Assembly: GCA_029933225.1 (NCBI GenBank)
Contig: JAOZOO010000002.1
Coordinates: 925-64,924, forward strand
DNA: 64,000 nt
From: Bacteroidales bacterium
Lineage (GTDB): Bacteria; Bacteroidota; Bacteroidia; Bacteroidales; F082
Reading direction: 5' to 3'
Part shown: in pieces, positions 1 to 9,123 of the stretch
Layout of the letters: every line of letters begins with the position of its first letter
Position numbering within the stretch: the stretch's first letter is position 1
Made by a program: the position numbers and the translations under genes
Notes under the pieces: model-generated
What the model saw: only the letters and a program-made list of their open reading frames with translations
Database searches by the model: none
What the model was told of the DNA's origin: nothing

Positions 1-401
1 TCGTAACGGGCCATGCTGCGGATGATGACTTCCTCGAGGTGATAGATATAGCTTTTGATGGAAAATCCGAAATTGTCGAGGTCGAGGATAGGATAACAAA
101 CGATCTGCCCCGGCCCGTGGTAAGTGATGTCTCCTCCACGGTTGATCCGGTATAGAGCTGCCCCTTTGCTTTTCAGAAAATCCTCGCTGATGAGCAGATT
201 GGTTTCCTTGCCGCTTTTTCCCAGCGTGTAAACATGCGGATGCTGGCAAAAGAGAAGATAATTTGGCGTTGGTTGTTTTTCCTCCCGATCGCGCTTGGCC
301 TGCTTGGCGGCCACCACCTTATTGAATAAGGTTTCCTGGTAATCCCAGGCATCTTTGTAATCTATCAGCCCCAAATTCTGTAAAAACACTTTCTTGTTCA
401 T
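1..401 (-). CDS. lipB: Octanoyltransferase LipB, N-terminal ~133 aa (gene continues past window start)
   Basis: Own translation of the minus strand from ATG at 401-399: MNKKVFLQNLGLIDYKDAWDYQETLF...FCQHPHVYTLGKSGKE...YRINRGGDITYHGPGQIVCYPILDL. RGGxxTYHGPGQ is the LipB hallmark, and the gene lies downstream of lipA. It is absent from the ORF track because it runs off the edge. Confidence 0.85.
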   Translation of the reverse strand, partial: MNKKVFLQNLGLIDYKDAWDYQETLFNKVVAAKQAKRDREEKQPTPNYLLFCQHPHVYTLGKSGKETNLLISEDFLKSKGAALYRINRGGDITYHGPGQIVCYPILDLDNFGFSIKSYIYHLEEVIIRSMARY

Positions 402-490
402 AAAGTATAATCTCTATTCTTCTTCTCTGTGGCGCTTTGGGTCTCCTCCGTGGTTCTTTGTGTAATAACCATTTCGAAATCTTGCTGTGA

Positions 491-528
491 CACAAAGTTA
501 CGCAAAGAAGCCGCAAAGAAACACAAAG
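491..528. repeat. Four direct C(A/G)CAAAG heptamers at 10-11 bp spacing (starts 491, 501, 512, 522), with an inverted copy CTTTGTG at 456-462
   Basis: Read directly in the lipA-lipB spacer: CACAAAGttaCGCAAAGaagcCGCAAAGaaaCACAAAG. Confidence 0.9.
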
Positions 529-561
529 GGTTTTTTAAAGTGTCAGTACAATATCCCGTCT

Positions 562-1428
562 TTATTTCTGCACATGTCTTTCCGCATGATATGACGACCG
601 TACCAGCGGGCTGCTTTCCACAAAACGGAAACCTTTTTCAAGCCCCACCTTTCTGTATTCTTCAAACTGTTCCGGGGTGACATATTCCGTCACGGGCAGA
701 TGTTTTTTTGTTGGTTGCAGGTACTGTCCGATTGTCATCACCTCAACGCCCACGCTGCGCAAGTCATCCATGGTTTGCAACACTTCTTCCGGTGTTTCAC
801 CGAGGCCGACCATAATGCCCGATTTGGAAACGGCCTGACTGCCTGAAATGATCTCAAGTGTTTTCAGACTGGTGTCATATTTTGCCCGGCTACGCACCCG
901 GGGAGTGATTCTTCTTACGGTTTCCAGATTATGTGAAACCACTTCAGGCCCGGCATCAACCACCTGCATGATCAGTTCTTCTCTTCCGTCGAAATCGGGG
1001 ATCAGGGTTTCAATGGTTGTTCCGGGATTGACTTTCTTTATCTCTTTCACGGTCAGCGCCCATATTGCGGCTCCTCCGTCATCCAGGTCATCACGGTCAA
1101 CAGAGGTAAGGACAACATGTTTCAGTTTCAGTAACCTCACCGATTCGGCCACTCTTTTCGGCTCTTCCCAATCCACGGGCAACGGTTTACCGGTCTTTAC
1201 ATTGCAAAATTTACACGACCGGGTGCAGATGTCGCCGAGGATCATCAGCGTGGCCGTTCCCCTGCCCCAGCATTCGTGCATATTGGGACAATGACCGCTT
1301 GTGCAGATGGTGTGCAGCTTATGCTCGTTTATCACCTCCCTGACGGAAAGATATCGTTTACCTGAAGGTACTTTGATCTTCAACCAGTCAGGTTTTCGAA
1401 GTACGGTTTCCGTTTGTTTATTTTCCAT
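562..1428 (-). CDS. lipA: Lipoyl synthase (radical SAM)
   Basis: 288 aa. Radical-SAM CxxxCxxC (CTRSCKFCNV) plus N-terminal auxiliary-cluster cysteines (CTSGHCPNMHECW). Adjacent to lipB. Confidence 0.95.
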   Translation of the reverse strand: MENKQTETVLRKPDWLKIKVPSGKRYLSVREVINEHKLHTICTSGHCPNMHECWGRGTATLMILGDICTRSCKFCNVKTGKPLPVDWEEPKRVAESVRLLKLKHVVLTSVDRDDLDDGGAAIWALTVKEIKKVNPGTTIETLIPDFDGREELIMQVVDAGPEVVSHNLETVRRITPRVRSRAKYDTSLKTLEIISGSQAVSKSGIMVGLGETPEEVLQTMDDLRSVGVEVMTIGQYLQPTKKHLPVTEYVTPEQFEEYRKVGLEKGFRFVESSPLVRSSYHAERHVQK

Positions 1429-1673
1429 TTCCCTTTTTTAAAACTTCCAATCTCTCTCTTCGTTTGGGCGGGTAAAATTAGGTAAAAAAAGATTCATATC
1501 CCGGAAAGGACACTGAATGAAAAAACAAGATACATTGTTTAATTTATTACCAGTTTACAAAACTTCCCGACCAGATTTTTTCGTGTTTCCTTTCTAATTT
1601 TATCATAATAAATTTTTTACCAATCCGACCTTTTTATCAACTTGTTTATATCGATTCTAAAAACATTTTTAAA

Positions 1674-1681
1674 TAATTTTG
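1674..1681 (+). promoter_or_regulatory. Candidate Bacteroidota sigma-A -7 box (TAATTTTG)
   Basis: Exact match to TAnnTTTG, 47 nt upstream of the ATG at 1729. Confidence 0.4.
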
Positions 1682-1728
1682 TTTTCGTTTTTTCAAAACA
1701 GGGAACCAATTAATTAAAGATTAGAAAG

Positions 1729-4700
1729 ATGAAAAAATCCGTACGATTTTTCAGCATTTTCTGGATGCTGACTTTAGTTTTTTATGCACAAGTTTTCATG
1801 GCCCAATCCCAACGGTTTTCTTACCAGGATAGCTGGGGTACGCAGGGCATGAATTTAATGAAACAGGACAATCACAATGTTAAGCTGAACATATCATTGC
1901 AGGATTTTTCACTGAATCCTGAAACAATCGATGGTTTGAAAATGAATGCCATCACCATGAAAGGGGCTTTTTTACCAGGCGATGAAGGTGCCCCCGACAT
2001 GCCCGTATTCAGCCGGTACGTGGCCGTTCCGCGGGGTGCAACCGTAAAGGTGAATGTTTTGAACGAACGTGTTGAACAATTTGAAAACATGGAAATCGCC
2101 CCGGCGCCAAGGATACCAAAAGACAATGAGCAGGGGCCGTTGCATTACGAAAAAAATCCTGCCATTTATTCGAAAGATGCTTTTTATCCACAGGATTTTG
2201 TCATGGTTTCCGAACCCATGAAGATCAGGGGTGTGGATGTGGTCATCGTTGCCGTCAGTCCGTTTCAGTACAATCCGGTAACCAAAAAGCTGATTGTCCA
2301 CAGGGATGTTAAACTGGAAGTTTCTTTTGAAGGAGGCACCGGACATTTCGGTGAAGACCGCCTGCGCAACCGTTGGTGGGAACCCATCCTCCGCGATATG
2401 GTGATCAACGAGGCATCCATTCCCGAATTACCAAAAACAAGGACTTTCACAAATAATGGAAGAGAAGACGAAGGATGCGATTACCTGATCATCACACCTG
2501 ATGATGCTACTTTCAAGGCGTGGGCCGACTCCATCAGGGTTTTCCGGACTAAGCAGGGGATTTTGACAAAAGTAGTCACCACAACTGATGTTGGTGGCAA
2601 TACGACCAGCGCCATCGAACAATACGTGAACGATGCATACAACAACTGGGCGATTCCCCCGGCAGCCGTCCTGCTGATGGCCGATTACGGTACCAGCGGA
2701 AACACAATCATCTCCCCTACTTATAACAACTACTGCGCTTCAGATAACATTTATGCCGATGTGGACGGTGATCAGTTGCCTGACGTTGTTTTTGCCAGGA
2801 TGACTGCCCAGAATGAAGGCCACCTGCAGACGATGGTCACCAAAGTATTGAATTACGAACGTACACCGCCGACAAATCCCGATTTCTATGCTCATCCCAT
2901 CACAGCGATGGGCTGGCAGACGGAACGTTGGTTTCAGTTGTGTTCGGAAATCGTAGCCGGATTTCTTGAAAATGAACTGGGAAAAAGTGTCTCCCGTGAA
3001 AACGCCATTTACAGCGGCAATCCCGATGGCGGGGTTTGGTCAACAGCCACCAATACGGCTACGATCCTCGATGTGTTTGGCGAGGATGGCCTGGGTTACA
3101 TTCCCGACTCACCCGACTATCTTGATGACTGGGGCGGTAATGCCTCACGCATCAACGAAGACATCAACAACGGGGCATTTATTCTGCAACACCGTGATCA
3201 TGGCTATGAACAGGGTTGGGGTGAACCTGCATACAGCAGCAGCGACATTGACGGGCTGACCAACGAAGACCTGACATTTGTCTTTTCGGTGAACTGTCTT
3301 ACCGGAAGGTTTGATTACAGCAGCGAATGTTTTGCCGAAAAATTCCACCGCAGCCAGTATGGTGCTCTGGGTATCATTGCAGCCACCCAGGTTTCTTATT
3401 CTTTTGTGAACGACACCTACGTGTGGGGAATGTACGATAACATGTGGCCCGATTTTCTACCGGACTACGGTACCAATCCCGAGGCAAGGGGCGTTATTCC
3501 GGCTTTTGCCAATGCTGCCGGAAAATATTTTCTTGAACAATCCAACTGGCCATATAACGGAAATAATAAGGAGGTGACCTATCATCTTTTTCATGACCAC
3601 GGGGATGCGTTTTCCACTGTATATTATGAAGTTCCTCAATATCTGTCCGTTGATCATGATGAAGTTTTGCTCAGCGGGCTTGATTATTTTACGGTAAAAG
3701 CCAATGAGGGCGCGCTGATCTGTCTTTCGATTGGTGATCAAATTCTGGCCACTGCCGAAGCAACGGGAAATGAGCAGGAAATCGCTATTCCGCCCCAGGA
3801 TCCCGGCATATATATTGACATTGTGATCACCCTTCAAAATTATTACAGGTATCAGAATCAGATCGAGGTGATACCGCCCGAAGGAGCTTACTGTATGTAT
3901 GACGACCATACGATAAACGATACCTGCGGTAACGGAAACAACAAGCCTGAATTCAATGAAAATATTCTGATTAACCTGTCGATGAAAAACCTCGGCATTG
4001 AAGATGCGGCCAATGTGATGGTCACCCTTTCGTCGCAAGACAGTTACATCGAATTCATGGATGATTCGGAAGATTATGATTCCATTCTGGCCGGACAGAC
4101 GGTTAACCGCGACCTGGCATACAAATTTCATATTACAGATGATGTACCCGATCAGCATCAGGCAAAGATTGACATCACCGCTACCGACGCAAACGATTCC
4201 ACATGGAACAGTAAATTCTTTATGGTTGTAAGCGCTCCGAAACTCTCACTTGGGAACATGATCATAGATGATTCAGAACTTGGCAACGACAATGGCCGCC
4301 TTGATCCGGGTGAAACAGCCATCATGAAGATAGCAACATCCAACAAGGGGCACTGTGTGGCCTATAATGTGGTGTGTACATTAACTTCTTACAACCAGTT
4401 TATTACCGTTGAAGAAGAAGAGCAAACCATTCCGATGTTGAGCCTGTTCGGTGCTGCTTATCCCGAATATACTGTAACCGTTTCGGATGATGCGCCTGAC
4501 GGGATCATTGCCCAGATGCATTATCATGTAACCACTGCCGGGTATTCGGAAACCAAAAACTATTATCCCAAGATCGGCCTTTTCCTCGAAGACTGGGAAA
4601 CCGGAAACTTTGACAAATACAACTGGGTGCAGGGTGGCGACCTGCCCTGGCAAATTACGATGGAATATCCTTATCAGGGATATTTCCATGTACGCTCGGG

Positions 4701-5805
4701 TGAAATCAGTGACAACCAGACTTCCGAACTCTCCATTTCTTATGAAGTCATGAGTGACGACAACATAAGGTTTTACAAAAAGGTTTCCAGCGAGATTGAT
4801 TTCGATAAGCTGAAGTTTTACATCGACGGCCAGTTGCGCGGCACCTGGAGCGGGACATCAACGGGATGGACACAGGAAAGCTTTCCGGTAGCACCCGGCA
4901 ATCATACTTTCCTGTGGGTTTATCAAAAAGATTATGCTACCTCTGAAGGTGCCGACTGTGCATGGCTTGATTATATCGAGCTGCCAACCATGCTGGTAAC
5001 CACCTTGTTTGCAGGCCCTGACGATGGCGTCTGCGAGGGCTTGTCCTATCAATGCATCGGAACGGCGACAAACCAGGATTCCGTATTCTGGAGCACCTCC
5101 GGAGACGGGACTTTCAGTAATGAAAATATTTTAACACCCATTTATACACCGGGTGAAAACGATATTCAAAATGGTGAAGTTGTGCTGACAATGGGCATCA
5201 TCGATGTGGACGGAAATGAATATTCGGATGACATGACGCTGACCATTCTTTTTGCACCCGATCCTCCGGAAATGCCGGCAGGTCCTGACTATATTGATGT
5301 TTACAAAGACACCGAAACCGAATATGCAATTGCTTCGGTTGAGGGGGCTACCGACTACGAATGGCTGCTCGACCCGGAAGAGGCAGGTACTGTTTTCGGA
5401 ATCGATACCACGGCCATCATTTACTGGAATGAAAACTATCTCGGTGATGCAACTCTTCAGGCCAAAGCACTGAACAATTGTGGTGAAGGTGAATATTCCG
5501 AGCCCCTACCGATTTTTGTGGATAACACTGTAGGCGTCTTCAGCACCCGTGATGATGTACGCATGAGCGTGGCGCCAAACCCGAATAAAGGTTCTTTCAG
5601 AATTCTCATCAAAACAGATTCGGATAAGCCCGTAAGTGTAAAACTGTTTAACAGCATGGGGCTGGAAATGTTTCGACTTGAAAATATCAACGCTAACAAT
5701 GGTTTCGTTTATGATTATAGCCGCACAGGCCTGGCCGAGGGTGTCTATATCCTGATCATGGAACAGGGAGGTGAATATTTCAGCCGGAAGATCGTTGTTT
5801 TCTAA
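1729..5805 (+). CDS. Gingipain-like cysteine peptidase (family C25) with extra adhesin/Ig-like modules and a T9SS C-terminal sorting domain
   Basis: 1358 aa with a signal peptide (MKKSVRFFSIFWMLTLVFYAQVFMAQ). His motif HRDHGYEQGWGEP and Cys motif FSVNCLTGRF lie ~30 aa apart, as in gingipains. The C-terminal ~80 aa (VAPNPNKGSFRILIK...GVYILIMEQGGEYFSRKIVVF) look like a T9SS type A CTD. Confidence 0.85.
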   Translation: MKKSVRFFSIFWMLTLVFYAQVFMAQSQRFSYQDSWGTQGMNLMKQDNHNVKLNISLQDFSLNPETIDGLKMNAITMKGAFLPGDEGAPDMPVFSRYVAVPRGATVKVNVLNERVEQFENMEIAPAPRIPKDNEQGPLHYEKNPAIYSKDAFYPQDFVMVSEPMKIRGVDVVIVAVSPFQYNPVTKKLIVHRDVKLEVSFEGGTGHFGEDRLRNRWWEPILRDMVINEASIPELPKTRTFTNNGREDEGCDYLIITPDDATFKAWADSIRVFRTKQGILTKVVTTTDVGGNTTSAIEQYVNDAYNNWAIPPAAVLLMADYGTSGNTIISPTYNNYCASDNIYADVDGDQLPDVVFARMTAQNEGHLQTMVTKVLNYERTPPTNPDFYAHPITAMGWQTERWFQLCSEIVAGFLENELGKSVSRENAIYSGNPDGGVWSTATNTATILDVFGEDGLGYIPDSPDYLDDWGGNASRINEDINNGAFILQHRDHGYEQGWGEPAYSSSDIDGLTNEDLTFVFSVNCLTGRFDYSSECFAEKFHRSQYGALGIIAATQVSYSFVNDTYVWGMYDNMWPDFLPDYGTNPEARGVIPAFANAAGKYFLEQSNWPYNGNNKEVTYHLFHDHGDAFSTVYYEVPQYLSVDHDEVLLSGLDYFTVKANEGALICLSIGDQILATAEATGNEQEIAIPPQDPGIYIDIVITLQNYYRYQNQIEVIPPEGAYCMYDDHTINDTCGNGNNKPEFNENILINLSMKNLGIEDAANVMVTLSSQDSYIEFMDDSEDYDSILAGQTVNRDLAYKFHITDDVPDQHQAKIDITATDANDSTWNSKFFMVVSAPKLSLGNMIIDDSELGNDNGRLDPGETAIMKIATSNKGHCVAYNVVCTLTSYNQFITVEEEEQTIPMLSLFGAAYPEYTVTVSDDAPDGIIAQMHYHVTTAGYSETKNYYPKIGLFLEDWETGNFDKYNWVQGGDLPWQITMEYPYQGYFHVRSGEISDNQTSELSISYEVMSDDNIRFYKKVSSEIDFDKLKFYIDGQLRGTWSGTSTGWTQESFPVAPGNHTFLWVYQKDYATSEGADCAWLDYIELPTMLVTTLFAGPDDGVCEGLSYQCIGTATNQDSVFWSTSGDGTFSNENILTPIYTPGENDIQNGEVVLTMGIIDVDGNEYSDDMTLTILFAPDPPEMPAGPDYIDVYKDTETEYAIASVEGATDYEWLLDPEEAGTVFGIDTTAIIYWNENYLGDATLQAKALNNCGEGEYSEPLPIFVDNTVGVFSTRDDVRMSVAPNPNKGSFRILIKTDSDKPVSVKLFNSMGLEMFRLENINANNGFVYDYSRTGLAEGVYILIMEQGGEYFSRKIVVF

Positions 5806-5912
5806 ATAGCAGCTTTGATGTTTCCGCCTGCCGGGAGTGGTAACTGACCTGCCGGGAGGGCTTGCTCCGGCCAGGTTGGGAAAAACAGGAAAAAAGAACC
5901 GGTTTTTTTATA

Positions 5913-5920
5913 TACTTTTG
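5913..5920 (+). promoter_or_regulatory. Candidate -7 box (TACTTTTG)
   Basis: Exact TAnnTTTG, 29 nt upstream of the ATG at 5950. Confidence 0.45.
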
Positions 5921-5949
5921 GCAAACTTTGACTAAAAGACGGATTTCAA

Positions 5950-7926
5950 ATGAAAAAAATATTTACGCTTCTTTGCACTTTGACAATCATCTTTTTCACT
6001 GTTAACGCACAGGAAACCGGGAAAAATTACCATGAAGGTCAGGTTTTAATCCAACTGAAGAATGCAGATGCTTTGAACAAAATACTTTCTGATTATAACG
6101 CCTTCAACCTTCACAGCATACGAACAGTATCGGCCCGTTTTAACATCTACCTTTTGGAATTTGATACACGTGCAACCACCAACCGCTCAATGCTCAATGC
6201 CTTGAAAACCGAGCACGAAGTTGTCAACGTTCAGAACAATCATATTCTCGACAGAAGCTTGCGAAGCATCAATGATATTGAAGAAACGTATCCTGACGAT
6301 TCGTTGCTTAATCTCCAGTGGGCTTTGAAAAATTACGGCGGGGGTGGAGGTATTTATGATGCCGATATTGATGCCACCGATGCCTGGGACATCACCACCG
6401 GGGGAGTGACATCATTGGGCGATACCATTGTGGTAGCCATTGTGGACGGCGGATCAGATATCTATCATGAAGATCTGCTTTTTTGGAAAAACTATGCTGA
6501 AATCCCGGGAAACAACATTGACGATGATTCCAACGGCTATGTGGATGATTACCACGGCTGGAATGCTTATGACCACGACGGGGACATTCCTTTCCATAAC
6601 CATGGAACGCATGTCGGTGGAATTGCTGCTGCACACGGCAACAACGGCATCGGTGTAAGCGGGGTAAACTGGAATGTACAGATACTGCCTGTTGCCGCTT
6701 CCTCAACATCGGAGGCTACGGTGGTTGAAGGATTGTCATACCTCTATGTTGTACGTGAAACCTACAACCAGACCAACGGACAACAGGGTGCTTTTGTGGT
6801 GGCCGACAACTGCTCTTTCGGCGTTGACCAGGGACAACCTGAAGATTATCCCATCTGGGAAGCCATGTACGATTCGCTGGGAAAACTCGGGGTTTTAAGC
6901 TGTGCCGCCACGGCCAACCGTGCCTGGGATATTGACAGCGTGGGAGATGTACCCACGGCCTTTTCGACCGATTATATGATATCAGTAACCAATACGACAA
7001 ATCGTGACGAGCTATACGGAGTGGCCGGTTACGGTGACACGACCATTGACCTGGGAGCCCCGGGGAAACTGATCATGTCAACACGTATTGGCAATACTTA
7101 CGGATACAGCAGCGGCACGTCCATGTCCACCCCGCATGTTACCGGAGCCGTGGCTTTGATATTGTCCGCTGCAGATTCGAGCTTCATGACTGAATTTAAA
7201 AACAACCCGGCGGAAGGATGCCTGCTTATCAAGGATTACATCATGCTGGGGGTAGATACGCTGCCTACTTTGATTGGCAAAACCGTGTCGGAAGGCCGGT
7301 TGAATGTATTCAAGGCGATCAATCTTTTGCTTGATGCCCCAAACCTGTCAGGCAACATGGATTCTGTTTATGTAGAGTTGCCGATGAACAGCTCTTTTAC
7401 GAAATCCCTGATCCTTACCAATACGGGAGGAGATACTATTTTTTATTCTATTGCTGTGGACGGAGAACCCGGCTGGCTTTCACTCAACCAGATGGAAGGA
7501 ATATTGCCTTCGCAGGAATCCGATACAATTGAACTGACTTTTGATTCCAATGATCAGGACACCGGAGTTTATGAAACAGCATTGAACATTTCAGCAGATA
7601 ATATTTTTACAAAAACAATACCCGTCCAAATGTTGGTTTATAATAACGTGGGAATTGATGACCATCCGGGAACAAATCCCGTTGTTACGGTTTATCCCAA
7701 TCCTTTTCATTCGTTTGTCAACATAAGTTATCAAGGGTTAAAGACGGGAAACCTGTCGGTTGAAATTTTTGATCAGACGGGAAGAATTACCTGCCGGCAA
7801 AGCAGGAATTTACAACAGGCAAAAAACAGCCGGTTCACCTGGAGCGGCGCACATCCGGGAGTTTATTATTACCGGGTTACTTTAAACGGGAACGTGCTTA
7901 AAACCGGGAAGCTCATCAGATTTTAA
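5950..7926 (+). CDS. Subtilisin-like serine peptidase (S8) with T9SS C-terminal sorting domain
   Basis: 658 aa with a signal peptide. Asp-His-Ser triad motifs are in order: VAIVDGG, HGTHVGGIAAA, SGTSMSTPHVTGA. C-terminal VYPNPFHSFVNISY...GVYYYRVTLNGNVLKTGKLIRF is CTD-like. Confidence 0.9.
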   Translation: MKKIFTLLCTLTIIFFTVNAQETGKNYHEGQVLIQLKNADALNKILSDYNAFNLHSIRTVSARFNIYLLEFDTRATTNRSMLNALKTEHEVVNVQNNHILDRSLRSINDIEETYPDDSLLNLQWALKNYGGGGGIYDADIDATDAWDITTGGVTSLGDTIVVAIVDGGSDIYHEDLLFWKNYAEIPGNNIDDDSNGYVDDYHGWNAYDHDGDIPFHNHGTHVGGIAAAHGNNGIGVSGVNWNVQILPVAASSTSEATVVEGLSYLYVVRETYNQTNGQQGAFVVADNCSFGVDQGQPEDYPIWEAMYDSLGKLGVLSCAATANRAWDIDSVGDVPTAFSTDYMISVTNTTNRDELYGVAGYGDTTIDLGAPGKLIMSTRIGNTYGYSSGTSMSTPHVTGAVALILSAADSSFMTEFKNNPAEGCLLIKDYIMLGVDTLPTLIGKTVSEGRLNVFKAINLLLDAPNLSGNMDSVYVELPMNSSFTKSLILTNTGGDTIFYSIAVDGEPGWLSLNQMEGILPSQESDTIELTFDSNDQDTGVYETALNISADNIFTKTIPVQMLVYNNVGIDDHPGTNPVVTVYPNPFHSFVNISYQGLKTGNLSVEIFDQTGRITCRQSRNLQQAKNSRFTWSGAHPGVYYYRVTLNGNVLKTGKLIRF

Positions 7927-7929
7927 TCT

Positions 7930-9123
7930 TTATCTTTTCAAAATCCAGTACGAAGGATTTTGCAACTCTTTTCCTTTCCACACCTCAAAGTGCAGACGGG
8001 TCTGCCCGTCGGGGTTGGTGTAAATTTTACCGATCGCCTGTTTCACTTTAACATGTTCTCCTTTCGTGACGTAAACATCAACGAGATTGGAATAGACCGT
8101 AAAATAATCACCGTGTTTGATGATAACGGCTTTGTTGGTCGTCGTTATTTTTGCAATGCTCACAACCTCTCCATCGAACACCGCACGGGCATCTTCATTT
8201 TTATTTGTGGTGATGTTTATCCCGTTGTTTTTCGTTTTCACATATTTCAGTACAGGGTGCTGATGCACGCCAAACGTTTCGGAAACTACTCCCCTTTCCA
8301 CCGGCCAGGGCAGCTTGCCCTTGTTTTCGGCAAAGTTGGCCGACAGGGCTTTTTCGGCAGGCGTCAGCACATACTTTTTACCGGTTTTGGCCTTTGTTTC
8401 CCTCGCAATGATGTCCTTTATTTTTTTGTTCAGCCGTTCAGCTTCCTTTTGCTTTTGCTTTAAGCGGGTTTTCAATTGTTTTTCTTTTCCGGAAAGTTCT
8501 TTGACCACCTGGTTTTTGCGGGCTTTTTCCTGCTCCAGCCTCGACATTTGGAGGTTCTCGTTATCGAGCAGTGCTTTTTTCTCCTCCAACTGCCGGTTCA
8601 GGTTCTTCAACTCATCCTCTTTTTCCTTTTCCATTTTCCGGATGGCATCGGCTTCTTTGTGCAGGTATGCTGCCAGTTGCTCAAGATACCGCAACCGCTG
8701 GTAAGCCTGGTTGAAATCTTCGGCAGAAAACAGAAAGATCAGTTTGTTGTATGCTGTCTGGTGGTGATAAGCGAAATAAACGATCCTGGCGTACTTTTTT
8801 TTCACCTCTGCCAGCTTTTTGGTCAGCCGGTCGATGGTTGCCTCATCTTCTTCAATATTCCTGCTCAGGGCCTTTATTTCGGTCCGAAGGGTTTCAATCA
8901 GTTCTTTTCTTGTTTTAATCTGTGAATTAATCAGCCTGATCTCATTTACGGTGGCAGATTTATTCTTCCGTGTTTTCCCAATCAGCTTACTGGTGTATTC
9001 GATTTCTTTCTCCAGCATTTTTCGTTTGGCCTCCAACTGGGATTTTGTTTCCTGGGCAGATAAGGAATTTACCAGGATGATAAGGCAGCATACAGCTATC
9101 GAAAAGTACCGGTTACTTCTCAT
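7930..9123 (-). CDS. EnvC-like murein hydrolase activator: coiled coil plus degenerate LytM (M23) domain
   Basis: 397 aa with a signal peptide and a long K/E/L-rich coiled coil. The C-terminal LytM fold (LPWPVERG...RLHFEVWKG) has the HxxxD and HxH ligand positions reading NNGIN and RLH. Confidence 0.8.
   Translation of the reverse strand: MRSNRYFSIAVCCLIILVNSLSAQETKSQLEAKRKMLEKEIEYTSKLIGKTRKNKSATVNEIRLINSQIKTRKELIETLRTEIKALSRNIEEDEATIDRLTKKLAEVKKKYARIVYFAYHHQTAYNKLIFLFSAEDFNQAYQRLRYLEQLAAYLHKEADAIRKMEKEKEDELKNLNRQLEEKKALLDNENLQMSRLEQEKARKNQVVKELSGKEKQLKTRLKQKQKEAERLNKKIKDIIARETKAKTGKKYVLTPAEKALSANFAENKGKLPWPVERGVVSETFGVHQHPVLKYVKTKNNGINITTNKNEDARAVFDGEVVSIAKITTTNKAVIIKHGDYFTVYSNLVDVYVTKGEHVKVKQAIGKIYTNPDGQTRLHFEVWKGKELQNPSYWILKR

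Noticed and set aside
848-1294. 148-aa plus-strand ORF antisense to lipA
   Set aside because: It is nested within a highly conserved gene on the other strand and has a Ser/Thr/Arg-rich artefact composition.
3457-4158. 233-aa minus-strand ORF inside the C25 peptidase gene
   Set aside because: It is fully nested antisense to a strongly supported CDS, has no motif, and its composition is typical of a mirror-frame artefact.
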